Positions 31,402-39,712 of a stretch of DNA of 50,183 bases are shown here, piece after piece (positions within the stretch are counted from its first letter, which is position 1; each line of letters starts with the position of its first letter). The notes below the pieces were generated by a model. It was given only the letters and a program-made list of their open reading frames with translations, did no database searches and had not been told where the DNA came from. The DNA lies in IMG/VR virus record IMGVR_UViG_3300025325_000003; one strand, 5' to 3'. Made by a program: the position numbers and the translations under genes. This stretch comes from a virus.

Positions 31402-31605
31402 GTGCAAAACGAATGTTCGGTAGAGGACCGGCCAGTTAGGCGTCAGGTTCATCGATTTTCTGAAACCGCTCTTGACGACCCCGATTCTGTCTTTTGCGCT
31501 TGTGGGGGCTGGACCCTGAAGCTGTGGGACCCGCGCGTAAAGGGCCGTGACTGGGGCTGGGTTGTAGAGGGTGCGGCAGAGGGTAGAGTCTACGATGCCG
31601 TTTAA
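31402..31605 (+). CDS. Hypothetical small protein (67 aa), first gene of the late block
   Basis: GTG start lies 5 nt after GGGAGGA. Confidence 0.5.
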   Translation: MQNECSVEDRPVRRQVHRFSETALDDPDSVFCACGGWTLKLWDPRVKGRDWGWVVEGAAEGRVYDAV

Positions 31606-31915
31606 CCCGGAGACCGGAACGGCGGCCGGGGAGGCCAGCGGTAGGGCCAGACGTCGCAAGGCTCTGGCTCCAGAGGACCGCGCTCTTGAGGCCATAGCCA
31701 ACAGACTGCCAGCTCTCGCTGACGAGCTGCTCGATGCCGCCTTCGGGAAGGGGGCCTTTGAGGCCCTGAAACCCGAGACGCGGTTGCAGGCCGTAGTACG
31801 GGCGCTTGAGTGGCGGCTAGGGAAGCCGAGCTCACGTCTGAAGGAGGTTGACACGAACGAACAGCCGTTGCCAACCCCTGATGAGCTGTTTAGAACTTCT
31901 GACACGCAGGGCTAG
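31571..31915 (+). CDS. Putative small terminase or DNA-packaging accessory protein (start 31571 GTG or 31595 ATG)
   Basis: Basic N-terminus FNPETGTAAGEASGRARRRK followed by a helical region, located upstream of terL. Assignment rests on position and composition only. Confidence 0.35.
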   Translation: MRQRVESTMPFNPETGTAAGEASGRARRRKALAPEDRALEAIANRLPALADELLDAAFGKGAFEALKPETRLQAVVRALEWRLGKPSSRLKEVDTNEQPLPTPDELFRTSDTQG

Positions 31916-32032
31916 CCCGCGCACCTCGAGGCTCCGCGCGCCGTGCCCTGTCCCTCTGGGAGGAGGGTTCGGCCCGTTGAGGCGTAGGCCGTTTGACCGA
32001 GGTGTCGGAGACCGCCTCTAGAGAGGCAACCC

Positions 32033-32224
32033 GTGAAACGCGAGCGGGCACAGAAGGAAAAGGCCAAGACGACTCGTAAGGTCGCTGTGGACGAGAAGCT
32101 GGAGAGGGTGGACACCACGGCGGTCAAGAACGAGCTGGACGAGCTGCTGGAGGCGATAGACTCCGTCCTGGAGAAGAACGCCGCCGAGTTCGTGCAGGAC
32201 TACGTTCAGCTGGGTGGAGAATAG
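32033..32224 (+). CDS. pup: Prokaryotic ubiquitin-like protein (Pup) homolog, GGE C-terminus
   Basis: 63 aa with a GTG start 6 nt after GAGAGG. The C-terminal half ...NELDELLEAIDSVLEKNAAEFVQDYVQLGGE-stop matches the Pup pattern LL..ID.VLE.NA..FV..YVQ.GG[QE]. Compare M. tuberculosis ...DDLLDEIDDVLEENAEDFVRAYVQKGGQ, quoted from memory. Confidence 0.8.
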   Translation: MKRERAQKEKAKTTRKVAVDEKLERVDTTAVKNELDELLEAIDSVLEKNAAEFVQDYVQLGGE

Positions 32225-32352
32225 TGGCCGACCACGGCAAGGGTAAGTGTGCCGTTGACCCCTGTCCAAAGCATGGTCCCGTTAAGAAGGGCAAGGGCAT
32301 GGGTAAGGGCGGCAGCGGCGGGGGCCACGCCGGTCTCGGACAGGGGGCGTAG
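32224..32352 (+). CDS. Lys/Gly-rich micro-ORF (42 aa), not in the ORF track
   Basis: GTG overlaps the Pup stop by 1 nt. Hand translation: MADHGKGKCAVDPCPKHGPVKKGKGMGKGGSGGGHAGLGQGA. It competes with the N-terminal extension of the listed ORF 32249..32509. Confidence 0.35.
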   Translation: MADHGKGKCAVDPCPKHGPVKKGKGMGKGGSGGGHAGLGQGA

Positions 32353-32353
32353 C

Positions 32354-32509
32354 GTGACACCCGAGAAGTTTAGAGCGGCCATGTTGGTTTCTGGCTCTAT
32401 GGCCGGCGCCATGGCGACGGTTGGTTTCTTCGTGGGGCAGCCCATCTTGATGCTACTGGGTATCGTGCTGTCCTGGTGGTCGTTCTGGCGCTACGAGGTC
32501 CACCGGTGA
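32354..32509 (+). CDS. Small membrane protein (51 aa)
   Basis: In-frame GTG at 32354 follows AGGGGG and lies 2 nt after the micro-ORF stop. Hydrophobic segments: MLVSGSMAGAMATVGFFV and ILMLLGIVLSWWSFW. Confidence 0.45.
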   Translation: MTPEKFRAAMLVSGSMAGAMATVGFFVGQPILMLLGIVLSWWSFWRYEVHR

Positions 32510-32616
32510 AGACTGGGGTCCTGTACGTGACGTGCCCGAAGTGCCGTAGGCCAACGCCTGCGGTGCCACTAGGGCGCGACCTGGAGTGTGAGCACTGTGC
32601 CGATTCGAAAGGTTAA
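32506..32616 (+). CDS. Zinc-ribbon micro-protein (36 aa), not in the ORF track
   Basis: GTGA overlap with the upstream stop. Hand translation: MKTGVLYVTCPKCRRPTPAVPLGRDLECEHCADSKG (CxxC...CxxC). Confidence 0.4.
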   Translation: MKTGVLYVTCPKCRRPTPAVPLGRDLECEHCADSKG

Positions 32617-32737
32617 GGGCGGCTATAAGTGGGGCAGCCAGGGCAAGGTGTACAAGACTCGTAAGGGCGCTGCCAAGCAGGCGCGAGCCGCATATGCCCA
32701 CGGTTACCGCGGCGCCGGCAAAAAGCGAGGAACGTGA
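32588..32737 (+). CDS. Basic micro-protein (49 aa), not in the ORF track
   Basis: Hand translation: MSTVPIRKVKGGYKWGSQGKVYKTRKGAAKQARAAYAHGYRGAGKKRGT. Its stop forms a GTGA overlap with the next ORF. Confidence 0.4.
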   Translation: MSTVPIRKVKGGYKWGSQGKVYKTRKGAAKQARAAYAHGYRGAGKKRGT

Positions 32738-33003
32738 CGAAACGCTGGTCACCGGAGACGTGTCCTAGGTGCGGTAGGCTGTTGCCTGGTGCGCGCTGGG
32801 AGACGTGCTTCTGCTGGCGCACGAGAGGAAGCGGTCTTGATGACTTTACTCGACAAGAGCTGGCGACTCTTCGTCTACGCCTTGAGGGACCTGGAAGAGG
32901 TCGTAAGACTCGCCGTATGCCACGTCCGGGGACATCAGGAACCTCAGCTGTTAGTCGAGGAGAATACGTACCTGAGACTAGTGTGTCCGCGGTGCGGGCG
33001 TGA
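32734..33003 (+). CDS. Hypothetical protein with CPRCG (89 aa)
   Basis: GTGA overlaps at both ends, with 32588..32737 upstream and terL downstream. The alternative ORF 32789..33010 in another frame cannot be excluded. Confidence 0.4.
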   Translation: MTKRWSPETCPRCGRLLPGARWETCFCWRTRGSGLDDFTRQELATLRLRLEGPGRGRKTRRMPRPGTSGTSAVSRGEYVPETSVSAVRA

Positions 33004-34484
33004 GCTCTAGGGCCTATGGGCAGCTCGAGCTCAACCCTGGTGCTCAGGAGGCGTTCGTTCACAACGAACACCTCTACTCCGCGTACATCGGTGGTGTGGG
33101 AAGTGGTAAGACCTATGCCGGCTTCGCTCGCGCCCTTAAGTACGCGATGCAGACTAAGCCAGAAGGTCAGTTTCACGGCCCACGAGTTACGGTGGCGGCT
33201 GCAACGTATCCGCTTCTCATGGACGCAGTGGTACCGCCGGCACAGGAAATCCTGGCGCTAACAGGCGTCGCAGACTGGGACAAGTCCTTTAAGAAGCAGA
33301 AGAAGGAGCTGCACCTCCCCAACGGCGGCACCATCCTCTTCCGCTCTCTAGACGACCCTGACACCGTGATGCGTGGTCCTGAACTTGCCGGGGTGTTCAT
33401 CGACGAGGGCCGTAATGTCTCGCTGTACCACTGGAAGCTGGTCACCGGCCGGCTTCGTCAGAAGGGCTACAAGCGCGCGGCTTGGGTTTGCTCGACGCCT
33501 AACGGCCACGACTGGATGTGGTCGGTCTTTCACCCAGATTCTGTGGACGTGTGGGACGACACTGACTGGTTTGGTGCGCCAACACACGAGAACAAGCACC
33601 TTCCGCCTGAGTACGTTAAGGCGCTGGAGGACTCCTGGGAGGGACGCTTCTACGAGCAGGAGGTCCTCGGCCGCTTCGTTGGAGTGGTTGAAGGCGGTGT
33701 GTTCCCGTACTGGGACCCAGAGACGTTCGTCTCGCCCAACCTAAAGTACAGGACTGACCTACCCCTGTACACGTTCTGGGATTTCGGCTACGGAGACCTA
33801 GGTGTGTGCGTGTTCGCGCAGGTCGAGTGGAAGGAAAGGTCAGATGCCTCACAGAAACGGGGAGGAGCCAAGGTCAAGGTTCCTTGGCTCTACGTGCTCG
33901 ACGTCATCGCTGCAAAAGAGTGGGCGGCTGTGGACTGGGCTCGAGCCTGGAAGTCCAAGCTCGCAGAGTCCTTTGACGGAGCTCGTCCCCTGGGCAACTT
34001 CGGGGACCCGGCTGGTCACCAACGTAACCCGTCGACTGGAACGTCAGTCATAAGTGACTTGAATTCTGCAGGTGTGCCGGTTACGGCGGCGCCTAAGCGG
34101 CCGCAGGACTACGCCATCCGCATCCTGAATAACATGATGGCGGGAGAAAGAGTCTGGGTTCGAACTCCAAACGCAGACCAGGTTGCACAGGCATTCGCGT
34201 CTCATAAGTGGAACGTCGACCGAAACGGCATTCGCATCGGCAACACGGCCGTTCATGACTGGACCTCACACTTCGTTGATGCCGTGCGTTATGGAACTGC
34301 CGTTGTGCTAGGATTGTATGCACGCGAGGACGAATCTGAGACGCCGAGCGAGCTGCTGACACCAGATACTTACGGTCATGTCTTTGACCAGCTGTTGAAC
34401 CCGCCGGCCAAGAAGTGGCTCGGGCCAAAGCGCAAGGCTGTTCGACCTACGTTCGAGGCCCCACCAATCGTACCTAGGAGCTAG
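33000..34484 (+). CDS. terL: Terminase large subunit
   Basis: Walker A GGVGSGKTYAG, Walker B-like GVFIDEGRN, and C-terminal nuclease-region motifs FGDPAG and HDWTSHFVDAVRY. It lies directly upstream of the portal gene. Confidence 0.85.
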   Translation: MSSRAYGQLELNPGAQEAFVHNEHLYSAYIGGVGSGKTYAGFARALKYAMQTKPEGQFHGPRVTVAAATYPLLMDAVVPPAQEILALTGVADWDKSFKKQKKELHLPNGGTILFRSLDDPDTVMRGPELAGVFIDEGRNVSLYHWKLVTGRLRQKGYKRAAWVCSTPNGHDWMWSVFHPDSVDVWDDTDWFGAPTHENKHLPPEYVKALEDSWEGRFYEQEVLGRFVGVVEGGVFPYWDPETFVSPNLKYRTDLPLYTFWDFGYGDLGVCVFAQVEWKERSDASQKRGGAKVKVPWLYVLDVIAAKEWAAVDWARAWKSKLAESFDGARPLGNFGDPAGHQRNPSTGTSVISDLNSAGVPVTAAPKRPQDYAIRILNNMMAGERVWVRTPNADQVAQAFASHKWNVDRNGIRIGNTAVHDWTSHFVDAVRYGTAVVLGLYAREDESETPSELLTPDTYGHVFDQLLNPPAKKWLGPKRKAVRPTFEAPPIVPRS

Positions 34485-34485
34485 T

Positions 34486-36348
34486 ATGCCTATAGATACG
34501 TTTCGCGTCTACTCCGATGAGGAGTCGATGCTCAAAGTCTATAGTCGGCGATTGACGTCGGCGGACCAGCTCTTTGCGAAGACGAAAGCCGAGCGTGAGG
34601 CGTTTGTTGCTCGCTACGCCAACGAGGTAGAGGAAGACCAGGTAACCGAAGAGGGTCACCGGGTCAACGTTACTAACGGCATCGGCATCATCGATACGAT
34701 GTTTGCTTCGATGACTGCAGTTGATGTAGAGTTCATCGCTAAGGCGGTTGGCAACGGTACGCCCGAGCAAGCGGTAGCTGCCACGAGTGCGCTAAACCAA
34801 AGCTGGCACGACACGAAGGGCGCGCGTAGGGCTAAGAAGGCCGTCAAGGACGCGCTCCTCGTCGACCTCGGAGTCGTGAAGGTTTATTACGACTACGTGA
34901 CCGACGTGGAGGTTCGAGACCGCCCCGACGCAGCCGTCAAGGCCGAACTTACCGAGGTGGTCAAGAACGGCGACCAACGGACAATCGATGACATTCTCGC
35001 CTCGGGCGAAATAGCGTTGGTCGAGGATGTTGAGGTCGTGCTACGCGACCGCGTATGCGTTGATTATGTTCCCTGGAACATGGTCCGTTATGACCCCAGC
35101 GCCAATCAGGCTGAAGATGTTCGATGGGTGGCACAGTACACGCGGCACCCGACGCCCGAGGTTACCCTGAATCCGACTTTTCGCGCCTTCGTCCAAGACC
35201 GCTATGGCAAGGTCGTCGGTGACCGGCTGCTAAACGGCTTGGAGGGCGACTCCACCATCGACGCGGTAGGAATCGCAGGAGACTACAGCGACGTTGAGGG
35301 CCTCTCGAAAGACGAGAAGGAGGATTCCGTTCGCGTAACCCTCGTCGAGATGTGGGACTTTGAGACCGGCCTGGTGACCGTCTTTCCCCGCAATCGTACC
35401 GACCTGGTGCTGCATCAGCGGGTCAACCCCCTGATGCTAAACCTAGACCTCGAAGACCGCTCCCCGTTCAAGTTCCTAGGCGTGCGCTGGCTGCCGGGCC
35501 GCTTTGAGGGTGTCGGCGACATGCGCGTTATCCGGCCGTCCCTAGACGAACTGGACGAGTATCGTAGCAACCTAGCGACGCACATTGCACGTACTATCCC
35601 GAAGCTCATCGGACCGGCTAGGGCGCTCTCACCGGCCGGCAAGAAGGCTCTGGAGTCGACCACCTGGGGCGAGTATGTCCCGCTGGAGGAGGAGCACGTT
35701 GCCAGCGAGGTGCAGCCGCTAGTGCCCCCACCGCTGCCGCAGGAGACCTTCGAGGTTCCTGAGAAGATTCAGGCCGAGATGAAGGAGGCTACTGGTGCTA
35801 ACGAAGTCCTTCGTGGTGTCTTCCCATCCCGTCGTACGACCGCGACCGAAACGCAGCTCGTCACGTCGGCCGGTCAGAACCGTCAGGCTGAAAGACGGGC
35901 GGCTCTAGAGGAGTGGTACACCGACGTCGCTCGTACCATGCTGCAGCTAATGCAGGTGTACTACGACCGTGACCGCATACTTCGCTACACGAACGACCTT
36001 GGTGAGGAGTTTGTATGGGAGTGGAACCGCGAGGATATAGCGATGGATGCGGACATTCGCATCTCGCTGACTCCGCGCGAGAACCTAACCCGCGAGGAGA
36101 CGTTCCAGAGGTGGCTGCAGGTAATGAACCTAGCGGTGGCGATGCCCGAAACTGACCGAAACGAGCTAATGAGGCAGGTCTATCGCGCCATCGGCCTACG
36201 CGAGGACGAGATTCGGGGACTCATCAAGACTCCCGAAGAGGTTGAAGCTGAAAGACAGCGTGAAATGGTCTCGACGCAGCTTGCTGCTGCGCCGCAGCCC
36301 GCGTCCAGCTCCCCACCGGGTCTTAGTATTTCGCCTGCCAGAAGCTAG
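34486..36348 (+). CDS. Portal protein
   Basis: 620-aa ORF immediately after terL and before scaffold and capsid. Assignment rests on size and synteny. Confidence 0.7.
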   Translation: MPIDTFRVYSDEESMLKVYSRRLTSADQLFAKTKAEREAFVARYANEVEEDQVTEEGHRVNVTNGIGIIDTMFASMTAVDVEFIAKAVGNGTPEQAVAATSALNQSWHDTKGARRAKKAVKDALLVDLGVVKVYYDYVTDVEVRDRPDAAVKAELTEVVKNGDQRTIDDILASGEIALVEDVEVVLRDRVCVDYVPWNMVRYDPSANQAEDVRWVAQYTRHPTPEVTLNPTFRAFVQDRYGKVVGDRLLNGLEGDSTIDAVGIAGDYSDVEGLSKDEKEDSVRVTLVEMWDFETGLVTVFPRNRTDLVLHQRVNPLMLNLDLEDRSPFKFLGVRWLPGRFEGVGDMRVIRPSLDELDEYRSNLATHIARTIPKLIGPARALSPAGKKALESTTWGEYVPLEEEHVASEVQPLVPPPLPQETFEVPEKIQAEMKEATGANEVLRGVFPSRRTTATETQLVTSAGQNRQAERRAALEEWYTDVARTMLQLMQVYYDRDRILRYTNDLGEEFVWEWNREDIAMDADIRISLTPRENLTREETFQRWLQVMNLAVAMPETDRNELMRQVYRAIGLREDEIRGLIKTPEEVEAERQREMVSTQLAAAPQPASSSPPGLSISPARS

Positions 36349-36357
36349 GAGAAGCGT

Positions 36358-36585
36358 ATGACCATCTTGGAAGCTGGTCTACTTGCCGCTCTAACTGCCG
36401 CAGTAAGTTCCTTTGTGACCTATGTAGTTATTATGGCGCGCGTTGGTAAGATGCTAGCTCGAGCGTACGGCAGCATACATGACGAGGGAAAGAAAGACAC
36501 CTATCATCTCAGTATGGATGATGCCAGAAAGCTCTTTAATCCCACGGATACGACTACACCGCCTACTACTGGACAGTACCTGTAA
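36358..36585 (+). CDS. Small membrane protein (75 aa)
   Basis: N-terminal transmembrane segment ILEAGLLAALTAAVSSFVTYVVIMA. AGGAG lies before the ATG. Confidence 0.5.
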   Translation: MTILEAGLLAALTAAVSSFVTYVVIMARVGKMLARAYGSIHDEGKKDTYHLSMDDARKLFNPTDTTTPPTTGQYL

Positions 36586-36590
36586 ACCAC

Positions 36591-36661
36591 GCACCGCTAG
36601 CGTAGAGGAAACGCACCTGGCTTCCACCCAGGAGTCGTCGGTCCGAGTCCGACGCGGTGCT
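36591..36661 (+). tRNA. tRNA-Gly (anticodon TCC)
   Basis: Hand-folded cloverleaf with all stems perfect: acceptor GCACCGC/GCGGUGC, D arm GCGU-AGAGGAA-ACGC, anticodon arm CCUGG-CUUCCAC-CCAGG, T arm GUCGG-UCCGAGU-CCGAC, discriminator U. The T loop has C at position 55. Confidence 0.8.
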
Positions 36662-36727
36662 CTGTCGAGGCCCTAGCCACAGCGCAACGGCGCCGAGGGC
36701 GAGGGGTACAACGAAGGGAGGCTTGCC

Positions 36728-37699
36728 ATGGCACAGAGCCGTGACGAGCTTAAGGCTCAGCAGCAAGTTGAGCTGAGGACCGCCCTAGCGGAGGCGGTTG
36801 AGAAGTATCCGTTGACAGCCGAAGCAGAAGACGAGGAAGACTGGAACAGGTGGGAGGCCGAAGGAGGCCAGCCGCCCGAGACCGTTCCCGACCCCGAAAC
36901 TTCGACGCCCGATAAGCCTGCTCCGGGCGAGGCTCCGCCTAGTACAGTCGAGGCTACCAGCAAGGAAGAAGTTTCATCCGAGGGTGAAACCACAGATGAA
37001 TCTCCTACCGAGTACTGGGGCGTAGATTTGAACGGCCTTCCGAGCGAGAAGCGAGCGGAAGTTATCGCTCATTTTGAGCAGCAGGATAGTACCATCCGGA
37101 AGCTCCAGGAACGACTGGCGAAGAAGCCAGAAGAGCAGCCGGCACCGGAACCTGAGACGCAGGGGCCGGTCAGCGATGAGGACATCATGCGTGCCCTCGG
37201 CTTGGACCCCGAATCTCTCGAGTACGAGCAGCTGGCGCCGGTGGTTCTACCGCTCGCCAAGACCGTGATGAAGCTGGAGGAAACCGTCGATGAGATGTCT
37301 CAGCGCGAGACGACCCGTGCGGTTGAAAGCGCCTGGAACACGACACTCGACGACCTAGAATCGACGTACGGCAAGCTGCCGTTCGAGCGGGTTCAGGTCC
37401 TTCAGTACGCGATTGAGGAGGGCATTCCGTCTCCCGAGGCCGTCTACTTCCGTCTTACCGCCCCTGCAAAGCGCGAGGTGGAGGAGGCAGTAGCCAAGGC
37501 CCGTCTCGAAGCGTCGAAGAGGGAAGCTTCGGCAGGTCCGAAGCCGAGCTCCTCGTCCGGGACCTCTGTCGGCGTAAAGGCCGGCATGAGTCTACGAGAC
37601 GCGGTCGCGGTCGCAGCGAAGGAAGCGGAAAAAGAGACCAAGCTCCGCTGGCGCGATGCCATTAAGGGTCGTCGCATAGCTGTTCCGGAGAACGAGTAA
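36728..37699 (+). CDS. Scaffolding protein candidate (323 aa, acidic, helical)
   Basis: Sits between the portal and major capsid genes. Composition is E/A/P-rich and coiled-coil-like. Confidence 0.6.
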   Translation: MAQSRDELKAQQQVELRTALAEAVEKYPLTAEAEDEEDWNRWEAEGGQPPETVPDPETSTPDKPAPGEAPPSTVEATSKEEVSSEGETTDESPTEYWGVDLNGLPSEKRAEVIAHFEQQDSTIRKLQERLAKKPEEQPAPEPETQGPVSDEDIMRALGLDPESLEYEQLAPVVLPLAKTVMKLEETVDEMSQRETTRAVESAWNTTLDDLESTYGKLPFERVQVLQYAIEEGIPSPEAVYFRLTAPAKREVEEAVAKARLEASKREASAGPKPSSSSGTSVGVKAGMSLRDAVAVAAKEAEKETKLRWRDAIKGRRIAVPENE

Positions 37700-37720
37700 A
37701 CTCGCTAGGAGAAACAAGAT

Positions 37721-38770
37721 ATGTCCATTTACGCCGACCAGTTTGATGTTCTGGTCACGACTACGCTGGACAAGGTCCGGCCGGTTCTGACTGACCAGAT
37801 ATCAAACGAAAATGTGTTGCTTGCGTGGCTCAATATGAAGGCACGCATCAACGTTGACGGCGGGACAGTCATCCGGCGACCTCTCATGTTCGCGTTCAAC
37901 GACACGGTGGGTTCGTACTCTGGTTACGACCTCCTTGACGTGACGCCGCAGGAAGGTCTTGGCTGGGTTGAGTACGAGTGGCGCCAGCACGCTGGCTCTG
38001 TGACCATTTCGGGAGAAGAGGTCAAGAAGAACAGCGGTTCGGCTCAGCTTGTCAACCTGCTTCAGGCCAAGATGGACCAGCTCAAGCTGTCCATCGCGGA
38101 CGACTTTAACGCCATGCTCTACGGTTCCGGCAACGGAAACGGCGCTAAGGACTTCATCGGTTTGATGGGGATTGTCTCAGACGGAAAGCAGTATGGGTCC
38201 TCGGACACCGGCGCTGCCCTCCCGACGGGCGCCTCGACGACCGATACTCACCTCGGTGGCATTAGTGCCACAACGTACACCTGGTGGAGGTCGAACCTAG
38301 TCACGTCCCCCGTGGACCTGACCACGTTTGACGGAGTCGATAGCCTGAACAACCTCTATAACAGCATTCGCGTTGACCGCTCCAAGGTTGACCTGGAGCT
38401 GACCACGCAGGCGAACTTCGAAGCGTACGAGGCCCTCGCGGTCCCGAATATCCGCTTCCAGTCGCTGCGCGCGGCCGACCTGGGGTTCGAGACCATCGCG
38501 CACAAGACGGCTGAGGTCGTCTTCGACCCCGACGTTCCCACGTCGGGTGCGTGGCACGATGGTCTGAACACCGTGGCCGGTGGAGGGGCTTGGTTCATGT
38601 TGAATGCCGACCGCCTGGAGTTCGTGCAGCACGCGGATTCCTGGCTCTCGCCGACCGAGTTCGTTCGGCCGTATAACCAGGACGCCAAGACGGCCCTGGT
38701 GTTGTCGATGGGTAACCTGATTACGGACTCGCGCCGTAGCCACGGGCTCATCCTCAATACCGTCGTCTAG
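37721..38770 (+). CDS. Major capsid protein candidate (349 aa)
   Basis: Position after the scaffold gene, typical size, and strong RBS AGGAG. A stable hairpin follows. Confidence 0.7.
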   Translation: MSIYADQFDVLVTTTLDKVRPVLTDQISNENVLLAWLNMKARINVDGGTVIRRPLMFAFNDTVGSYSGYDLLDVTPQEGLGWVEYEWRQHAGSVTISGEEVKKNSGSAQLVNLLQAKMDQLKLSIADDFNAMLYGSGNGNGAKDFIGLMGIVSDGKQYGSSDTGAALPTGASTTDTHLGGISATTYTWWRSNLVTSPVDLTTFDGVDSLNNLYNSIRVDRSKVDLELTTQANFEAYEALAVPNIRFQSLRAADLGFETIAHKTAEVVFDPDVPTSGAWHDGLNTVAGGGAWFMLNADRLEFVQHADSWLSPTEFVRPYNQDAKTALVLSMGNLITDSRRSHGLILNTVV

Positions 38771-38785
38771 GTAACCGACTCGTAG

Positions 38786-38818
38786 GGGGCCGGATTGTGG
38801 CCCTCGTGCCCCGGCCCC
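38786..38818 (+). terminator. GC-rich hairpin after the capsid gene (attenuator or terminator candidate)
   Basis: 8-bp stem ggggccgg (38786-38793) / ccggcccc (38811-38818) with a 17-nt loop, followed by tt. It overlaps the possible GTG start at 38797. Confidence 0.45.
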
Positions 38819-39231
38819 TTACGACAACGGGAGGAATGATGGCTCTTAAGAACATGACAGGAAACGTTGGAACTGCTCCAGTCTATACCAGCCGGTGGGC
38901 TGAACGAGACGCGCGACGCAGGGAGAATATGCGGCTAGCCCGGAAGGCAGCCGCTGCTCGTTCTGGTCGCAGCGTTAAATCGGTCAAGGACCGGGTGGAG
39001 AAAGCTAAAGCAGTGCTAGCAAACAAGAATGTTACTGGAGCCATTGCGACGATACAGGGAGTAGCGCCGACGGATGTCGACGTCTATATCCTAGCCGAGC
39101 GACATGGGCAGGCCCGCAGGGGCGTGCTCAGGGCGTTCGGTCCCCCGCGCGGTAGCGTGGAACGGCAGTACCTTGCCGAAGCGGGCCTGGGGAGCCCCGA
39201 AGATACCCCGGATGAAGGGGCAGAGGAGTAG
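38797..39231 (+). CDS. Hypothetical virion-module protein (144 aa from GTG 38797; alternative ATG starts at 38836 and 38839)
   Basis: ORF on the operon strand. AGGGGG lies 7 nt before the GTG, and GGGAGG lies directly before ATGATG. Confidence 0.5.
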   Translation: MALVPRPLTTTGGMMALKNMTGNVGTAPVYTSRWAERDARRRENMRLARKAAAARSGRSVKSVKDRVEKAKAVLANKNVTGAIATIQGVAPTDVDVYILAERHGQARRGVLRAFGPPRGSVERQYLAEAGLGSPEDTPDEGAEE

Positions 39232-39234
39232 GAC

Positions 39235-39711
39235 ATGACCGTAAAGAAGAGGTACGCCGACCTCCTGACCGGCACCAGCCACGTTGGCGGGGGTGCGGTC
39301 TCGGGCGAGGCACGCGCAAATATCGGGCTCGGGTCCGCTTATGCTAGGGTTCTTGGGTTCGAGTTCAAGGGCGACGACGCCGACGTGGACACGAACAACA
39401 CGCTGGAGTTGACGGATGCGGACGGGCGACTTTTGCTCGTCGCAACGGCGTTCGACGCGGGTGGGACCACATCCGACGAGTACACTGAGCAGGAAGCCGC
39501 CATCGGTACGACTGTTTCAGCCGCCTCCACGGTTGGGGTATTCCGCATAGTTGGATATCCCGAGGCGCTGTACGTAGATGCCGCAGGGGACGCCTCCGCC
39601 GACACCGAGGGCATGGTTGCCGGCGTGTTCGCCAAGTCGCCAGTGACCGCGACCATCGCGGCCGGTACGGACGGCGACTGGCAAAGGGTCACCCTCTGGG
39701 TGGAGGTGTAA
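39235..39711 (+). CDS. Small virion-module protein, member 1 of a four-member paralog family (158 aa)
   Basis: C-terminus ...DWQRVTLWVEV and internal LGFEF...DADG. Compare 40686.., 41029.. and 41506... Confidence 0.55.
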   Translation: MTVKKRYADLLTGTSHVGGGAVSGEARANIGLGSAYARVLGFEFKGDDADVDTNNTLELTDADGRLLLVATAFDAGGTTSDEYTEQEAAIGTTVSAASTVGVFRIVGYPEALYVDAAGDASADTEGMVAGVFAKSPVTATIAAGTDGDWQRVTLWVEV

Positions 39712-39712
39712 C

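Noticed and set aside
31360-31905. 181-aa ORF on the - strand (and 32613..33176 -) overlapping the terS-like, Pup and micro-ORF region
   Set aside because: The translations are S/A/R-rich and low-complexity. The + strand ORFs have RBSs, coupled overlaps and, for Pup, a recognisable family match.
31916-32032. Possible tRNA or ncRNA in the 117-bp gap upstream of the Pup gene (contains GGGTTCGGCCC)
   Set aside because: I could not fold a cloverleaf. Only short local hairpins were found.
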